Notes: generated by a model from the sequence alone, not told the origin. A DNA stretch of 63,783 nucleotides, filler included, from Octopus bimaculoides (GCF_001194135.2; 6 parts of 5 records of this genome joined end to end with filler, not necessarily neighbours in it), one strand, 5' to 3'; positions 39,580 to 51,760 are shown, numbered from the whole stretch's first letter. Numbers and translations are program-made.

Positions 39580-40810
39580 GTTTTGTCTTCTATTTCTAGC
39601 AGATAGCAAGACCACTTAGAAGTTCTGATCTTAGAATAGTTTAGTAGTCGCAGTTATTGATGTTTAACCGCAGGTCAGCATACTTATGACCCGACTGAGC
39701 TATGATCAAAGACGTTCCAAGCATGACCATAGACATAGTGTATCTAGGACTACACTATCTAATGATTCCATCGTTGCTGTGATTGTTTAGCCATAGGTCA
39801 ACGCTGATCCAGCAGTGCTTTCATCAAAGGAGTTCCAGCCCTGGCCATAATGTTTATTCTTCTGTCAAGGTATATCTTGGAGTACATCATCTAATGTGTC
39901 AAGCAGTGTTGGAGCTTTTTTTTGAGCTCAGGAAGCCCTGGCCCAGCAGAACTATGATCATATTGTTTATTACTTAGTCATAGCGTATCTTGGACTACAC
40001 TGTCTTAGGTGTCAATCCTCATTGATTTTTGAACCTTGGTTCGCCGTAATCCAGAAGATCTGGATTACGGTAGGGGCTAATTTGAGGGAGTTCTGGCTAC
40101 AATTTCGAGAAATAACATCGAATCTGTAGTATTGCAGCCCTTAGTTAACACAAAATAAGCAGACTTACGGTCAAAGACATTCCAGCCTTGACTATCCTGT
40201 CTTTTATATCAGACATCTCGTGTCCTTCCTCATTTTAAGAAGGTTAGGAGTAATATGAAGGAAATTTGGCTGCTATTTCTAGGAAGGTTAGATCTGGAAG
40301 CCGTGTAGAGGCTCACATATTTCTGGTGTGTTGTTGATAATTTTGTTGTTGCCATTGTTGTGACTGTTAGTGACGTCACAGCTGTCTGGCTGCTGCTGAT
40401 GATTTTGGGTTTTATTTTGTTGTTGACGCAATGTTTTTACTGTAGTTGCATCAGATGTTGTTGTGGTTGTTGTTGTTGCCGTTAATATTGTTATATATGT
40501 TGTTGTTGTTGATGCTGCTGCTGATGTCTGTACAGTCAAACCTGTTGCTATGGCAAAAAATTGATATTTCTCTTGTTGTTGCGTTTTAGAATTCATTGTC
40601 CGTATCAACCTTGAAGTTGTTACAGTGGTTCTTTAGCCCCCGAGCAAGACCCTACCCATGATCGGGCAGGCTTATGATGACAAGTCTTTCCAGTTACGAC
40701 CAGCCCGCCTTTTCCGTAGCATCTAATGTATCCTTTCCTTATTACAGACGGTGTGATTTGAGAGAGATTTGGCTGCTATTTCTAACACGACGGGCAACCA
40801 CATAAGGGCT
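39580..40810. repeat. Cluster of an unclassified dispersed repeat (core TTGGCTGCTATTTCTAG)
   Basis: The core and CTAGGACTACAC-like blocks recur at about 39590, 40265 and 40768, and also at about 2115 (minus), 8320 and 52315. Confidence 0.55.
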
Positions 40811-41314
40811 CTCTCTCTCTCTCTGGTTCATATTAGTCTTGTTGTTGTTGTGGTTGAACTTGTTGTTGTTAGAAGGTCCACGTTGTTGCTGTTATTGTTG
40901 ACGATACTGTTCAACTTAACGATAATTCGTTGATGGCGTTGTTGTTGGATGCTGAGGTTGTTGTTGTTGTTGTTGTTGTTGTTGTTGCTATTGTTGTTGT
41001 TGTTGTCGTTGATGTTGATGTTGTTAGCACTATTGATTTCATGTATTTATTATAATGTGAATTGGATAGCAAGAAAAAAACAAAACAAAATAAAAAAACA
41101 AAAACATAACAAATATACATACAAATATATACACTAATAAAATTACAGGGAAATGAAACTAAGCAAAAAATGTTATGCACACACACATATCCACACGCAC
41201 CCGCACACACACACACATACACACACATGCACACATACACACACACACATATATGATAGCAAACACACATGAACACTAGCGCACACATGCACATACATGT
41301 GTACGCACATTCAT

Positions 41315-41355
<41 letters not shown>

Positions 41356-41865
41356 CACACAAAACAGATATAAAAAAATTATAAATATAATATAATAAAT
41401 AAATGATTTGCAAGTTGTAAAGATCCATTTTTCTATATTTTTCTCTGATGAACCAAAGTGAAGGGGGTGAGTTGTAGAGGCAAACATGGAAAACAAAAAA
41501 TATTTCCTGCTTCTTTTCTAATCTACAATGAACGGCCTCTGGCACATTGCCGCCATCTTGCCGGCCTTTGAATTTCTTCGTTGTCGTCCATTTTGTTTTT
41601 ACGGCGTTCTCTTTGTGTTGATTAGATAGTCTTTCTTGTTCTCTCTCTCTCTCTATTCTCTCACTCACTCTCTCTTTCTTTGTCCTCCTTCTCTCTCTCC
41701 CTCTCTCTCTCCCCCTTTCACTGTCTCTTTCACCTTGTATTTCTCTCTTCCTGTCTTAATTTCTTCTTTTCACACTTTTTCCTGTATCACTTTGTTGATC
41801 TCTATCAGAATCTCTCTATTAGTATATCTTTCTTTCTTGCTATCAATATTATTATGTTAACTGAA

Positions 41866-42072
41866 AAGGCGGCGAGATGGCAGAATCGTTAATACACTGA
41901 CAAGTTGCTTAGCGGTATTTCGTCTGTCTTTACGTTCTGAGTTCAAATTCCGCCAAGGTCGACTTAGCTTTTCATACTTTCAGGGTTGATAAAATAAGTG
42001 ACAATTGAGCATTGGGTGTCGACGGAATCAACTTACGCCCTTCCCCGAAATTGGTGCTTTGGGGCCAAAATT
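41866..42072 (+). mobile_element. SINE family B, copy 1 of a tandem triplet
   Basis: GGCGGCGAGATGGCAGAATCGTTA...GTTCTGAGTTCAAATTCCGCC. Confidence 0.88.
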
Positions 42073-42083
42073 TATTGTCGGAG

Positions 42084-42290
42084 GAGGTGGCGAGCTGGCG
42101 GAATAGTTAGCGTGCCAGACAAATTGCTTTCCGGCTTATTGTCCGTCATTATGTTCTTAGTTCAAATTCTGTCGGAGTCGACTTTGCATTTCATCCTTTT
42201 GAGGCCTGTTAAATATGGACACTGGAGTCGACGTATTCAACTCACCCCACAACCCGAAAATTGCTGGCCTTGTGCCAACATTTGAAACCA
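42084..42290 (+). mobile_element. SINE family B, copy 2 of a tandem triplet (more diverged)
   Basis: GGTGGCGAGCTGGCGGAATAGTTAGC...GTTCAAATTCTG...TGTGCCAACATTTGAAAC. Confidence 0.82.
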
Positions 42291-42392
42291 ATTTGCGTAC
42301 ACTGTGTCTAAACAGACCCCTCTCCATAAGCGAAATTTCTCTCCCTCCCACTTTCTATCTCTCTCTATTGAATTCAATATTTCTATCACTTT

Positions 42393-42610
42393 AAGGCGGC
42401 GAAGTGGCAGAAACGTTAGCACGCTGGGCGAAATGCTTAGCGGTATTTCGTCTGTCTTTACGTTCCAAGTTCAAATTCCGCCGAGGTCGACTTTGCCTTT
42501 CATCATTTCGGGGTCCATAAATTAAGTACCAGTTGCGTACTGGTGTCAATCTAATCGACTGGCCCCTTTGCGAAAAATTTCGTGCTTTGTGCCTAGAGGA
42601 GAAAAGAATA
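42393..42610 (+). mobile_element. SINE family B, copy 3 of a tandem triplet
   Basis: GGCGGCGAAGTGGCAGAAACGTTAGC...GTTCAAATTCCGCCGAGGTCGAC...CCTAGAGGAGAAAAGAAT. Confidence 0.9.
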
Positions 42611-43349
42611 TTCTTATCACTTATTCTGTCCCTTTCTCTTATATCTCTTAGCATTTCTTTCGCTGTCTCTTCCAATCTCTTTCTTTCTCTTTATTAATCA
42701 CTGTTTCTATCAACTTTTCTAACTTGTTTTTGCTTTATGTCACTATTTCTATTATGGATTTCTATTTTTTCACTTCCAAATAATGTTTTCTTCTTTTTCT
42801 TTATCCCTCTGTTTTTCACTCATTCTTTTTTGTGAGATCTTCAGCGACCCAACAGTACAAATGTGTAATTTGTTGATCTTACCCTACCAGAGCAGAGGAA
42901 CAGTATACGATATATATATATATATANNNNNNNNNNNNNNNNNNNNNNNNNNNNNNNNNNNNNNNNNNNNNNNNNNNNNNNNNNNNNNNNNNNNNNNNNN
43001 NNNNNNNNNNNNNNNNNNNNNNNNNNNNNNNNNNNNNNNNNNNNNNNNNNNNNNNNNNNNNNNNNNNNNNNNNNNNNNNNNNNNNNNNNNNNNNNNNNNN
43101 NNNNNNNNNNNNNNNNNNNNNNNNNNNNNNNNNNNNNNNNNNNNNNNNNNNNNNNNNNNNNNNNNNNNNNNNNNNNNNNNNNNNNNNNNNNNNNNNNNNN
43201 NNNNNNNNNNNNNNNNNNNNNNNNNNNNNNNNNNNNNNNNNNNNNNNNNNNNNNNNNNNNNNNNNNNNNNNNNNNNNNNNNNNNNNNNNNNNNNNNNNNN
43301 NNNNNNNNNNNNNNNNNNNNNNNNNNNNNNNNNNNNNNNNNNNNNNNNN

Positions 43350-43392
<43 letters not shown>

Positions 43393-43994
43393 ACACGCAC
43401 ATATTTTCTCATCTACAGTCGTTTTTAGATTTATTCTCACATTTAATTTTACATAACGTATCATAAACCATACCAATGGGATACAACCATGAAGCAATGC
43501 TGTGACGTTCATACATTATCTTTGGTTATTTGCACAGTCTCAAAATTGTATAACTAGCCATAGATCAGAAATTGATTTTGTTGCTCTAAAAACAATGTTG
43601 TAATCCCAACAGAGAATATAAACTTCTATCTATCGATTGCTCGTGAAATTAGTTGAGTTTCAACAGCGCCATGCAGATTAATATTTGCGCATACTTTCAG
43701 TCGTAATATTTAAGTATTGATAATTAATATTTTATATACATCAATAACTAAGGGACAAACTGGGGATGCTGGAAAATTGAGGAATGCCTGGTTATAATAA
43801 ACCCAGGCGTCTTCTGTATGAATAAGCTGGGTTGTCGTGAGGGTGCTAAAGTAATGGCTAGTACACTTTGACAAAAGATATCCACCAAAAACGTCACATT
43901 TTCATTTTCATAACAATCAGGCATATTGCGACCTAGCAAAGTGCCGTGGGATTTTCTGTCAATAGTTTATGGCAATATCAACATATTGAGTAAG

Positions 43995-44205
43995 GCAGCA
44001 AGCTGGCAGAACCGTTAGCACGCCGGACAAAATGCTTCACGGCATTTCATCCGATTTTACGTTCTGAGTTCAGATTTCGCCGAGGTCGATTTTGTCTTTT
44101 AGCCTTTCGGTATCGATCGAATAACTACCAGTGAAACACTGAGGTCAACATAACTGACTTACCCCTCCCCCGAAATTGCTGGCCTTGTGCCAAAATTTGA
44201 AATTA
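43995..44205 (+). mobile_element. SINE family B
   Basis: GGCAGCAAGCTGGCAGAACCGTTAGC...GTTCTGAGTTCAGATTTCGCCGAGGTCG. Confidence 0.88.
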
Positions 44206-44234
44206 ATATTAACATATATTTACTGGCGCGTGAA

Positions 44235-44545
44235 GGCGCATTAGTTCAGTGCTTAGAGCTGAAATAGTTCGATTTCCGGATCGAGCTCTGTATTATGTTC
44301 TTGAGCAAGACACTTCATTTCACGTTGCTCCAGTTCACTCAGCTGTAGAAATGAGTTGCGACGTCACTGGGGCCAAGCTGTATCGGCCCCTTTGCCTTTC
44401 TCTTGGATAACATCGTTGGCGTGGAGAAGGGAGGCTGGTATGCATGGATGGCTGCTGATCTTCCATAAACAACTTTGTTTGGATTTGTGCCTGGGAGGGT
44501 AACATTCTAGGTGCAATCCCATGGTCAGTCATGACCGAGGAAAGT
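44235..44545 (+). mobile_element. tRNA-derived SINE, family C (CORE/Meta-like)
   Basis: TAGTTCGATTTCC B-box and the TGTTCTTGAGCAAGACACTTCATTTCACGTTGCTCCAGTTCACTCAGCTG conserved central domain. Confidence 0.75.
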
Positions 44546-45080
44546 CTTTACCCTTTATTTACCATCGCATAAGAAGTATGTTTTCTATTTTTATATGTAT
44601 CACAATACAGGCCTATTTTTATATGTATCACAATACAGGCCTGTGTCTTATGCAACCATATTAGGACTGAGAGACGAGCGTTACGGACTGCGAAGCCGGA
44701 TGAGTATGAACCTACTCGGTGCAATAATTGTTACTAATAATGAAATATTAAGAAAGAAGCAAAATTCTCACAGTCTGTTAAGATAAAATTACGAAATATT
44801 GCATACGATACGTCGGTGGATATGCGAGGCGCGTAAGGTAGTCACATCATCTCATCATGTTGCAACAAACGTAACCAACACCAGACACACGTGCCAATCA
44901 CAAGGCCAAACATCCCTGAAAGTTTCATCTGAATCCATCCAGTGGTTCTTGAGATATTTTGTCAAGAAGAAGAAGAAGAAGAAGAAGAAGAGGAGCGATA
45001 ATAATTAGAGCAACCATGGAAACCGAGTTCGATAAGTGTAGGACGACAACGATGAAAACGTCGACGACAACCACCGCTCC

Positions 45081-45114
<34 letters not shown>

Positions 45115-45127
45115 TGANNNNNNNNNN

Positions 45128-45158
<31 letters not shown>

Positions 45159-45289
45159 TGACAACCACCACCACCACCACTACTACCACCACCACCACCA
45201 CCATCAACAACGACAATGTCAACATGCGTTAGAAAGATGTTTATCGCCGCAGCTTCAGGCAAATCTGAGGAATTTGACAAACGATGCGA

Positions 45290-45707
45290 TGTTTCTTTTG
45301 CCGAGTTCATATTGTTTCAGTTTTTAGAGAGAGCCTGGTGACATTGAGTTTATCACTTCAAGCTGCATGGAGGAGGTTGAAACCACGTAGAATGTGCACT
45401 TTTGTTATTTATTTGATGAGGAGAAAGAATCTGCAGCAGCCACGGCCATTGCTGGAATCTTTGAAACAAGAGAGACTGATGGTGTTAACGTTCTTATTGA
45501 ATCAAAGTTAGTTGGTGGCTGCTATTAAAGGCAAGTCTTGGGACGGAATTATGGAAGCAGGGTTCTCTGTGATAGTGTGGTGTCTGGTGATGGACCGAAG
45601 GTGACTGATGAGAGAAGGGGAGACAACCGAGTAAAGGTGTCCCCATGAAGAGGTGGTTTTATGAAAGCAATACTGGTGGTAATTAAGGCGGAGAGAGAGA
45701 GAGAGAA

Positions 45708-45751
<44 letters not shown>

Positions 45752-45990
45752 GAAAAGAAATAGAGGAAAAGAGAGATTGAAGAGTTTAATTAGAAAGAAA
45801 GTTAACTCTGGGGGCATGTGTCCCCATGTAGAGGCGTTCACCAGAAATCCTCAGAGATGGCCATGCTCCCCGAAGACATAAGTTTGTGTTTAGGTTTAAG
45901 GATTACTGAGTTTGGAACCCATAAGGGAATAACTACATTGAAGGATGCTTTGTACAGGTCTCTTCATGAAGCCAATGTAGAGTTTTTAGG
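45290..45990 (-). mobile_element. Possible old LINE 3' remnant(s) (CR1/L2/Jockey-group), split by (GA)n
   Basis: Minus-strand fragments such as RDLYKASFNVVIPLW and SHLRSITRHHTI weakly resemble LINE C-termini. Many stops. Confidence 0.3.
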
Positions 45991-46928
45991 CTAAACATAG
46001 GTTGCATATGTACATGCAATCTAGGATGAACCTAGGGTGAACATAGGTTGCATGTATTCATGTGCAAAGAAGTCAGAGCCAATGAACGGTGGAATCAATT
46101 ACTGTGGAATGGGTGTTGCTGGCAAGTACACTGTTTATATATAAAGAGAAGAGGGTTGAAGGGAGAACAAAACCGCACCTTTTGGCGCACTATCAAACCT
46201 CCGTCGTATTTAATTAATATTCGAGATACTAACGGGAACAGATATGAACATCGCCCTCGCAACAACGATAACGACAACCACGACTACGTCCGTCGCACGC
46301 AGAATCACCACTACCGGTCACTTCACCGCTACCACCATTGAAGCGGTGGTGAATACTACCACGAGCACCAGTACCATCGCACCGCTACCGCAGTCGCCGC
46401 CGCTACCGCCGCCACCGCTACCTCCTCTACCGTCGCCGCCGCTACCGTCGCCGCCGCTACCGTCGCCGCCGCNNNNNNNNNNNNNNNNNNNNNNNNNNNN
46501 NNNNNNNNNNNNNNNNTTAATTAATTAANNNNNNNNNNNNNNNNNNNNNNNNNNNNNNNNNNNNNNNNNNNNTGTGTTTTCATCATCATCTTCCTTTAAC
46601 CTTAGTGGTCCTACCTCGTTTAAATAGTAAAACATCAATGTAGAGCCATGGATAGCTCACCTATGTACCCACAGTGTACACGGATATATACATATTAACT
46701 AAAGCCAAAAANNNNNNNNNNNNNNNNNNNNNNNNNNNNNNNNNNNNNNNNNNNNNNNNNNNNNNNNNNNNNNNNNNNNNNNNNNNNNNNNNNNNNNNNN
46801 NNNNNNNNNNNNNNNNNNNNNNNNNNNNNNNNNNNNNNNNNNNNNNNNNNNNNNNNNNNNNNNNNNNNNNNNNNNNNNNNNNNNNNNNNNNNNNNNNNNN
46901 NNNNNNNNNNNNNNNNNNNNNNNNNNNN

Positions 46929-48244
46929 AGGTGTCATACCCAATGACTGGTGTAGCAGCCCCATAGTCAATTGCTAGAAAGGTAAAGGTGAGGAATTAAA
47001 TACAAATAACTACGTAATTGAATCAGGTAACGGAGGGGTCATAGCCCAACNNNNNNNNNNNNNNNNNNNNNNNNNNNNNNNNNNNNNNNNNNNNNNNNNN
47101 NNNNNNNNNNNNNNNNNNNNNNNNNNNNNNNNNNNNNNNNNNNNNNNNNNNNNNNNNNNNNNNNNNNNNNNNNNNNTGACAGGGTCCCCCGATCCCTTAT
47201 CTGGTGGTCAATGAGGAAAGTAGGGATAGATGAATGAATAGTGAGAGGTATACAAGCCATGTACAGGGATGCTGTCAGTAAGGTAAGAGTGACAACGAGT
47301 ACAGTGAAGAATTCCGTGTAGGGGTAGGGGTCCACCAAGGTTTAATCCTCAGCCCCCACTCTTCTTCATCATAGTCCTCCAGGCAATAACAGGAATTCAA
47401 GACAGAATGGCCCTGGGAGCTCCTCTATGTTGATGNNNNNNNNNNNNNNNNNNNNNNNNNNNNNNNACTAGAGGAAAAGTTTCAGGTGTGGAAGCAAGGA
47501 TTAGAATCAAAGGGCCATAGAGTCAATCTAGCAAAAACCAAAGTCTTAATAAGTAGAAACTCAGACAAANNNNNNNNNNCAAGCCCCTTCAGGTATATGG
47601 CCCTGCTCAATCTGTAGAACAGGCGTAGGTAGAAACTCCATAAGATGTACCCGGTGTAAGCTATGAACACATAAGAGGTGCAGCANNNNNNNNNNAGATG
47701 TACCCGGTGTAAGCTATGAACACATAAGAGGTGCAGCAATATCAACAGAAGGCTAACTGGGGAGATAGTTTTTGTGTGTGGTAAATGCTAAGGAGCAATA
47801 AACATTGAAAAAAGCAGAGAACAGCTTGTGTCACATTCCAGGGGGAAAAACTACAAGTAGTTGATAGCTTCCGTTANNNNNNNNNNAGGTGACCAAGTAA
47901 GTAGCTGGGTTGGATGCTCTGAAAGTGTAGCTGTTAGAATAAGAATAGCCTGGGAAATGTTCAGAGAGCTCCTACCTGTGCTGGTGACAAAGGGCCTCTC
48001 GCTCAGAGNNNNNNNNNNNNNNNNNNNNNNNNNNNNNNNNNNNNNNNNNNNNNNNNNNNNNNNNNNNNNNNNNNNNNNNNNNNNNNNNNNNNNNNNNNNN
48101 GATTGCTGAGGACATGCGTAAGCTTGCAAGGAATGAAGCCACTATGCTCTGCTGCATGTGTAATGTCAGTGTGCAGACATGACAGAGCGTGAGCGCCCTG
48201 AGAGAAAAGTTGGGCTTAAGAAGCATCAGATGTGTCACCATAGC
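46929..48244 (+). mobile_element. RTE-clade LINE reverse-transcriptase region (gapped, degenerate)
   Basis: GVIPNDWCSSPIVNC*KGKG; DRVPRSLIWWSMRKVGIDE; VGVHQG..LSPLFFIIVLQ; LYVD; LEEKFQVWKQGLESKG.RVNLAKTKVL; RIRIAWEMFRELLPVLVTKGLSL; LREKLGLRSI. Confidence 0.92.
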
Positions 48245-49109
48245 NNNNNNNNNNNNNNNNNNNNNNNNNNNNNNNNNNNNNNNNNNNNNNNNNNNNNNNN
48301 NNNNNNNNNNNNNNNNNNNNNNNNNNNNNNNNNNNNNNNNNNNNNNNNNNNNNNNNNNNNNNNNNNNNNNNNNNNNNNNNNNNNNNNNNNNNNNNNNNNN
48401 NNNNNNNNNNNNNNNNNNNNNNNNNNNNNNAAAGAAATCGGACCACATCGGTAGATTAATTTTTTAATGTAAATCATGACATAACATTTCTTGCGGCCAT
48501 TTCTGCTTCCAATATTAGCGCATATGAAAGAATTTTGAAAGTAATATTCGTCATCGTCATCGTCCACTCCATCTAGTACATGGAGCTNNNNNNNNNNNNN
48601 NNNNNNNNNNNNNNNNNNNNNNNNNNNNNNNNNNNNNNNNNNNNNNNNNNNNNNNNNNNNNNNNNNNNNNNNNNNNNNNNNNNNNNNNNNNNNNNNNNNN
48701 NNNNNNNNNNNNNNNNNNNNNNNNNNNNNNNNNNNNNNNNNNNNNNNNNNNNNNNNNNNNNNNNNNNNNNNNNNNNNNNNNNNNNNNNNNNNNNNNNNNN
48801 NNNNNNNNNNNAACAGAGGACTCCTTTTATTTAATCGTGTCACACGGTCGAACAACATAAATATATATATCAATATTGATATAGATGATATGTTATACGA
48901 CGATAACATGGATGACCAGTAATGAAAGACCGTATTAGATGAATAACAGAGATATTTATTGTGGCGTTAAAGATGTATNNNNNNNNNNNNNNNNNNNNNN
49001 NNNNNNNNNNNNNNNNNNNNNNTTAATTAATTAANNNNNNNNNNNNNNNNNNNNNNNNNNNNNNNNNNNNNNNNNNNNTATATATATGTATATATATACA
49101 CACACACAC

Positions 49110-50060
49110 ACAAAATACTGGTTTGCTTACCCGAATCCCCACCAAAACTGCAGGAGGCTTAGAGAGAAATACTTCCCGGAGGTATGCGAAAGGAAGCAAC
49201 CGTGTGCATGGTGCAAAAGATTGTACAGTAGCTAATTTGGCTACATCAAGCGCAAACACGGGACCTTGCCCACCACTGCGCAAGACCACAAGAATCAACA
49301 GGCACGGGATGGTCTCCTCTAACGCCAGCACAGTATTGAAGGCCTTTGCATGAAAACAACAAAAGCAAAACCATTTTCCTGAGAGACCTTGCTGCATGCC
49401 ATCAAGCCCTATGCATAGTACTCGTGGAAACTCATCTGAGGATTTGTGTAACCTTTGTGTAGCTTTCAATGCTAAAATTTGGTACAATCCTTCCCAGGAT
49501 CTTCCAGGTGTATAATACAGCATATCTCTCCCGCCTTCGCTCCAGGGAGTCGAATCTGAGATGTTTCGGCCTTTCCCAGTAGCTGAGCTGTTGCAATGAG
49601 ACGATCTTTTTTGTGAAGCTTCGCTGGATTGCTTCAAGGTTCGCTGCTAATTTTACACTGTGAGGTGATCATATTTGGGAGCAGTAATCCGGGCGGCTGA
49701 GGACGAATGTCCTCCAGAGGACCATCATGGTTTCCTTCTCTCTGGTTCTGAATGTTCTCAGGATCCATCCAGCCAAAGATGCCAGCAATGCCATCACGCT
49801 TCAGGACCAGGTACTGCAACAGTCTGGGTTTCAAGAGCCGACAGTTTTTTTAATATTCTCCCAAAGAGCCTGAGGAACCTACACAAAGTTGATGTAGGTG
49901 TTTTAAAACAAAACTGGATCTCTTCCTGTCTAGAGTCCCAGATGAACCTCGAGGTTGGAGGCACAAATGAGGGCAGCGACATCAAACTCCCTTATTCACA
50001 TCTCAGACGAGTCTCTCAATAACAGTGTAGGAAAACGGCAGTGCCTCAGCATGGCCGCAG
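49110..50060 (+). mobile_element. CR1/L2-group LINE relic: endonuclease start (+), inverted RT C-terminal block (-), 3' end (+)
   Basis: IEGLCMK...RDLAACHQALCIVLVETHL (+, about 49330-49440); GWILRTFRTREKETMMVLWRTFVLSR.DYCSQ...LEAIQRSFTKKI...SYWER...SLERRRERYAVLYTWKIL (-, about 49453-49774); NILPKSLRNLHKVDVGV...LDLFLSRVPDEP (+, from about 49773). Confidence 0.88.
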
Positions 50061-50112
50061 CTTTGAGCTGAAACCGATAAAAGGACAAAATAAAATAAAA
50101 TAAAATAATTTA

Positions 50113-50178
<66 letters not shown>

Positions 50179-50459
50179 GTCAACAGAAGAGATCCAGACT
50201 TTTCGGTATAGAAGATACCAAGTAGCGTAATATATAAATATGTGTTTGATTAATCAAAATTGAATGTAAGTAGATATTGACTGAGGATGAATAAACTAAT
50301 TAGGTGTTGTTATGAATGGAATATTAGATGCTTCCATGAAGAGGTGTGAAAGAATAATATAGAAATTAAGAATTGTGTTACACAAAATATTCTGATTCTG
50401 ACAAATGAAGTAAAAGAAAAATGAAAAATAAATGACAAAACTTAGAAAACTTTTCGGGT

Positions 50460-50775
50460 TCAGTCTCACATCGTGGCACGTTGGGAAAATGTCTTTTATT
50501 TTAGTCTTGGGCCAGCCAAAGCCTTGTGAGTGGATTTGGTCGACGGAAACTGAATGAGGCCAGTAGCTTGCGCGCGCGCGTGTATCTCTGTGTCTGTGTT
50601 TGTCCCTTATCAACGCTTAATAACAGGTGTTGGTGTGTTTCCGTCCTTGTAACTTAGCGGTTCTGCAAAGGAGAGAGACAGAATAAGTACGAGGCTCGAT
50701 TGATGCATTAGAGTAAAAACATTTTAATGCAGTGCCCCAGTATGGCCGCAGTCTAATTACTAAAACAATTAAAAC
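50460..50775 (+). mobile_element. SINE family A (5' clipped)
   Basis: GCCTTGTGAGTGGATTTGGTCGACGGAAACTG...GTAACTTAGCGGTTC...CCCCAGTATGGCCGCAGTC. Confidence 0.85.
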
Positions 50776-51101
50776 ATAATAGAGAAGTAAGGAGCTTTTG
50801 CTGGTCAAAGCAGCCACCGAAAAGGACAAACCGTGCGAAACAATGCACAGAACAGAAGACATGGACACATGTTTAGGATAAAACTGAAGAGAAGAAGTGA
50901 GAGATGGTGGAGGGAAAGAGAATAAGAAGGAGCAGCTGGGGGGGGGGAGAGAGAAATAATATCCAAGAAATGCAACAATGGAGATAATGAGCAAAAGCAA
51001 AACGAGAGGTTTACAAAGAAACTATCATGTGAGAATTATTTTAACAGAAGTGAACAGGTGAAAAAAATGGCCAAAACTTACATACATGCATGCATATATA
51101 T

Positions 51102-51143
<42 letters not shown>

Positions 51144-51574
51144 GAAATTTGTTGCAAGCGTCAGTCAAAACAGCACCCCAGTACAATTGAGAGTTACAGA
51201 TGTTTATACAGAGTGTGTTGTTGGTAAGAATTACAGTAAAACGTTGATGCCACGAGGCAAATATTTTGATATTGCCAGGTTGTCAGGTAATGTGGGTTAT
51301 AGTGATTGCCTCAGAAATCCTTTGTTTCGTTCACCTACTTAACAACATGAAGACTGGAGCAAAGCAAAATAAACGAAAGTAAAAAATCAAGCAAATAAAG
51401 AATGAAAATTGTTGAGTTAATGACTACAAGCCAAGTTAGTTGGGAATAGCAGAACGTTTGCCTCTTGGCGTGAAACTTTCCGGTTTTTCTTACTAACAGC
51501 ATTATTTATAAAACTTTCATTAATACAGACATGCAGACGTACGTATACACACGCACACACATGCAAAATCTTTT

Positions 51575-51760
51575 CTGTGTTTCAGTCATTTGACTGCGGC
51601 CATGTTGGAGCACCGCCTTTGTTCGAGGAAATCGACCCCAAGACTTATTCCTGTAAGCCATGAACTTATTCTATCAATCTCTTTTGCCGAAGCGCTAAGT
51701 CGCGGGGACATAACCACACCAACATCGTTTGTCAAGCGATGGTGGGGGGAACAAACACAG
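51575..51760 (-). mobile_element. SINE family A, 3' half, abutting and truncating a Tc1 element
   Basis: The reverse complement matches 50595-50765 and 62700-62885. Confidence 0.85.

Noticed and set aside
46244-46471. Pro/Thr-rich ORF (PPPPLPPLPSPP)
   Set aside because: It is a translation of (CCG/CTA)n-type trinucleotide repeats ending in a gap, with no splice or homology support.
47643-47740. 43-bp direct repeat inside the RTE element, and a similar 26-bp repeat at 8520-8582
   Set aside because: The copies sit on either side of a 10-N gap, which indicates unmerged contig overlap rather than a true duplication.
51140-51342. Plus-strand ORF MKFVASVSQ…RSPT as a small gene
   Set aside because: The ATG arises at the end of a (CA)n tract, and there is no homology or promoter/polyA support.
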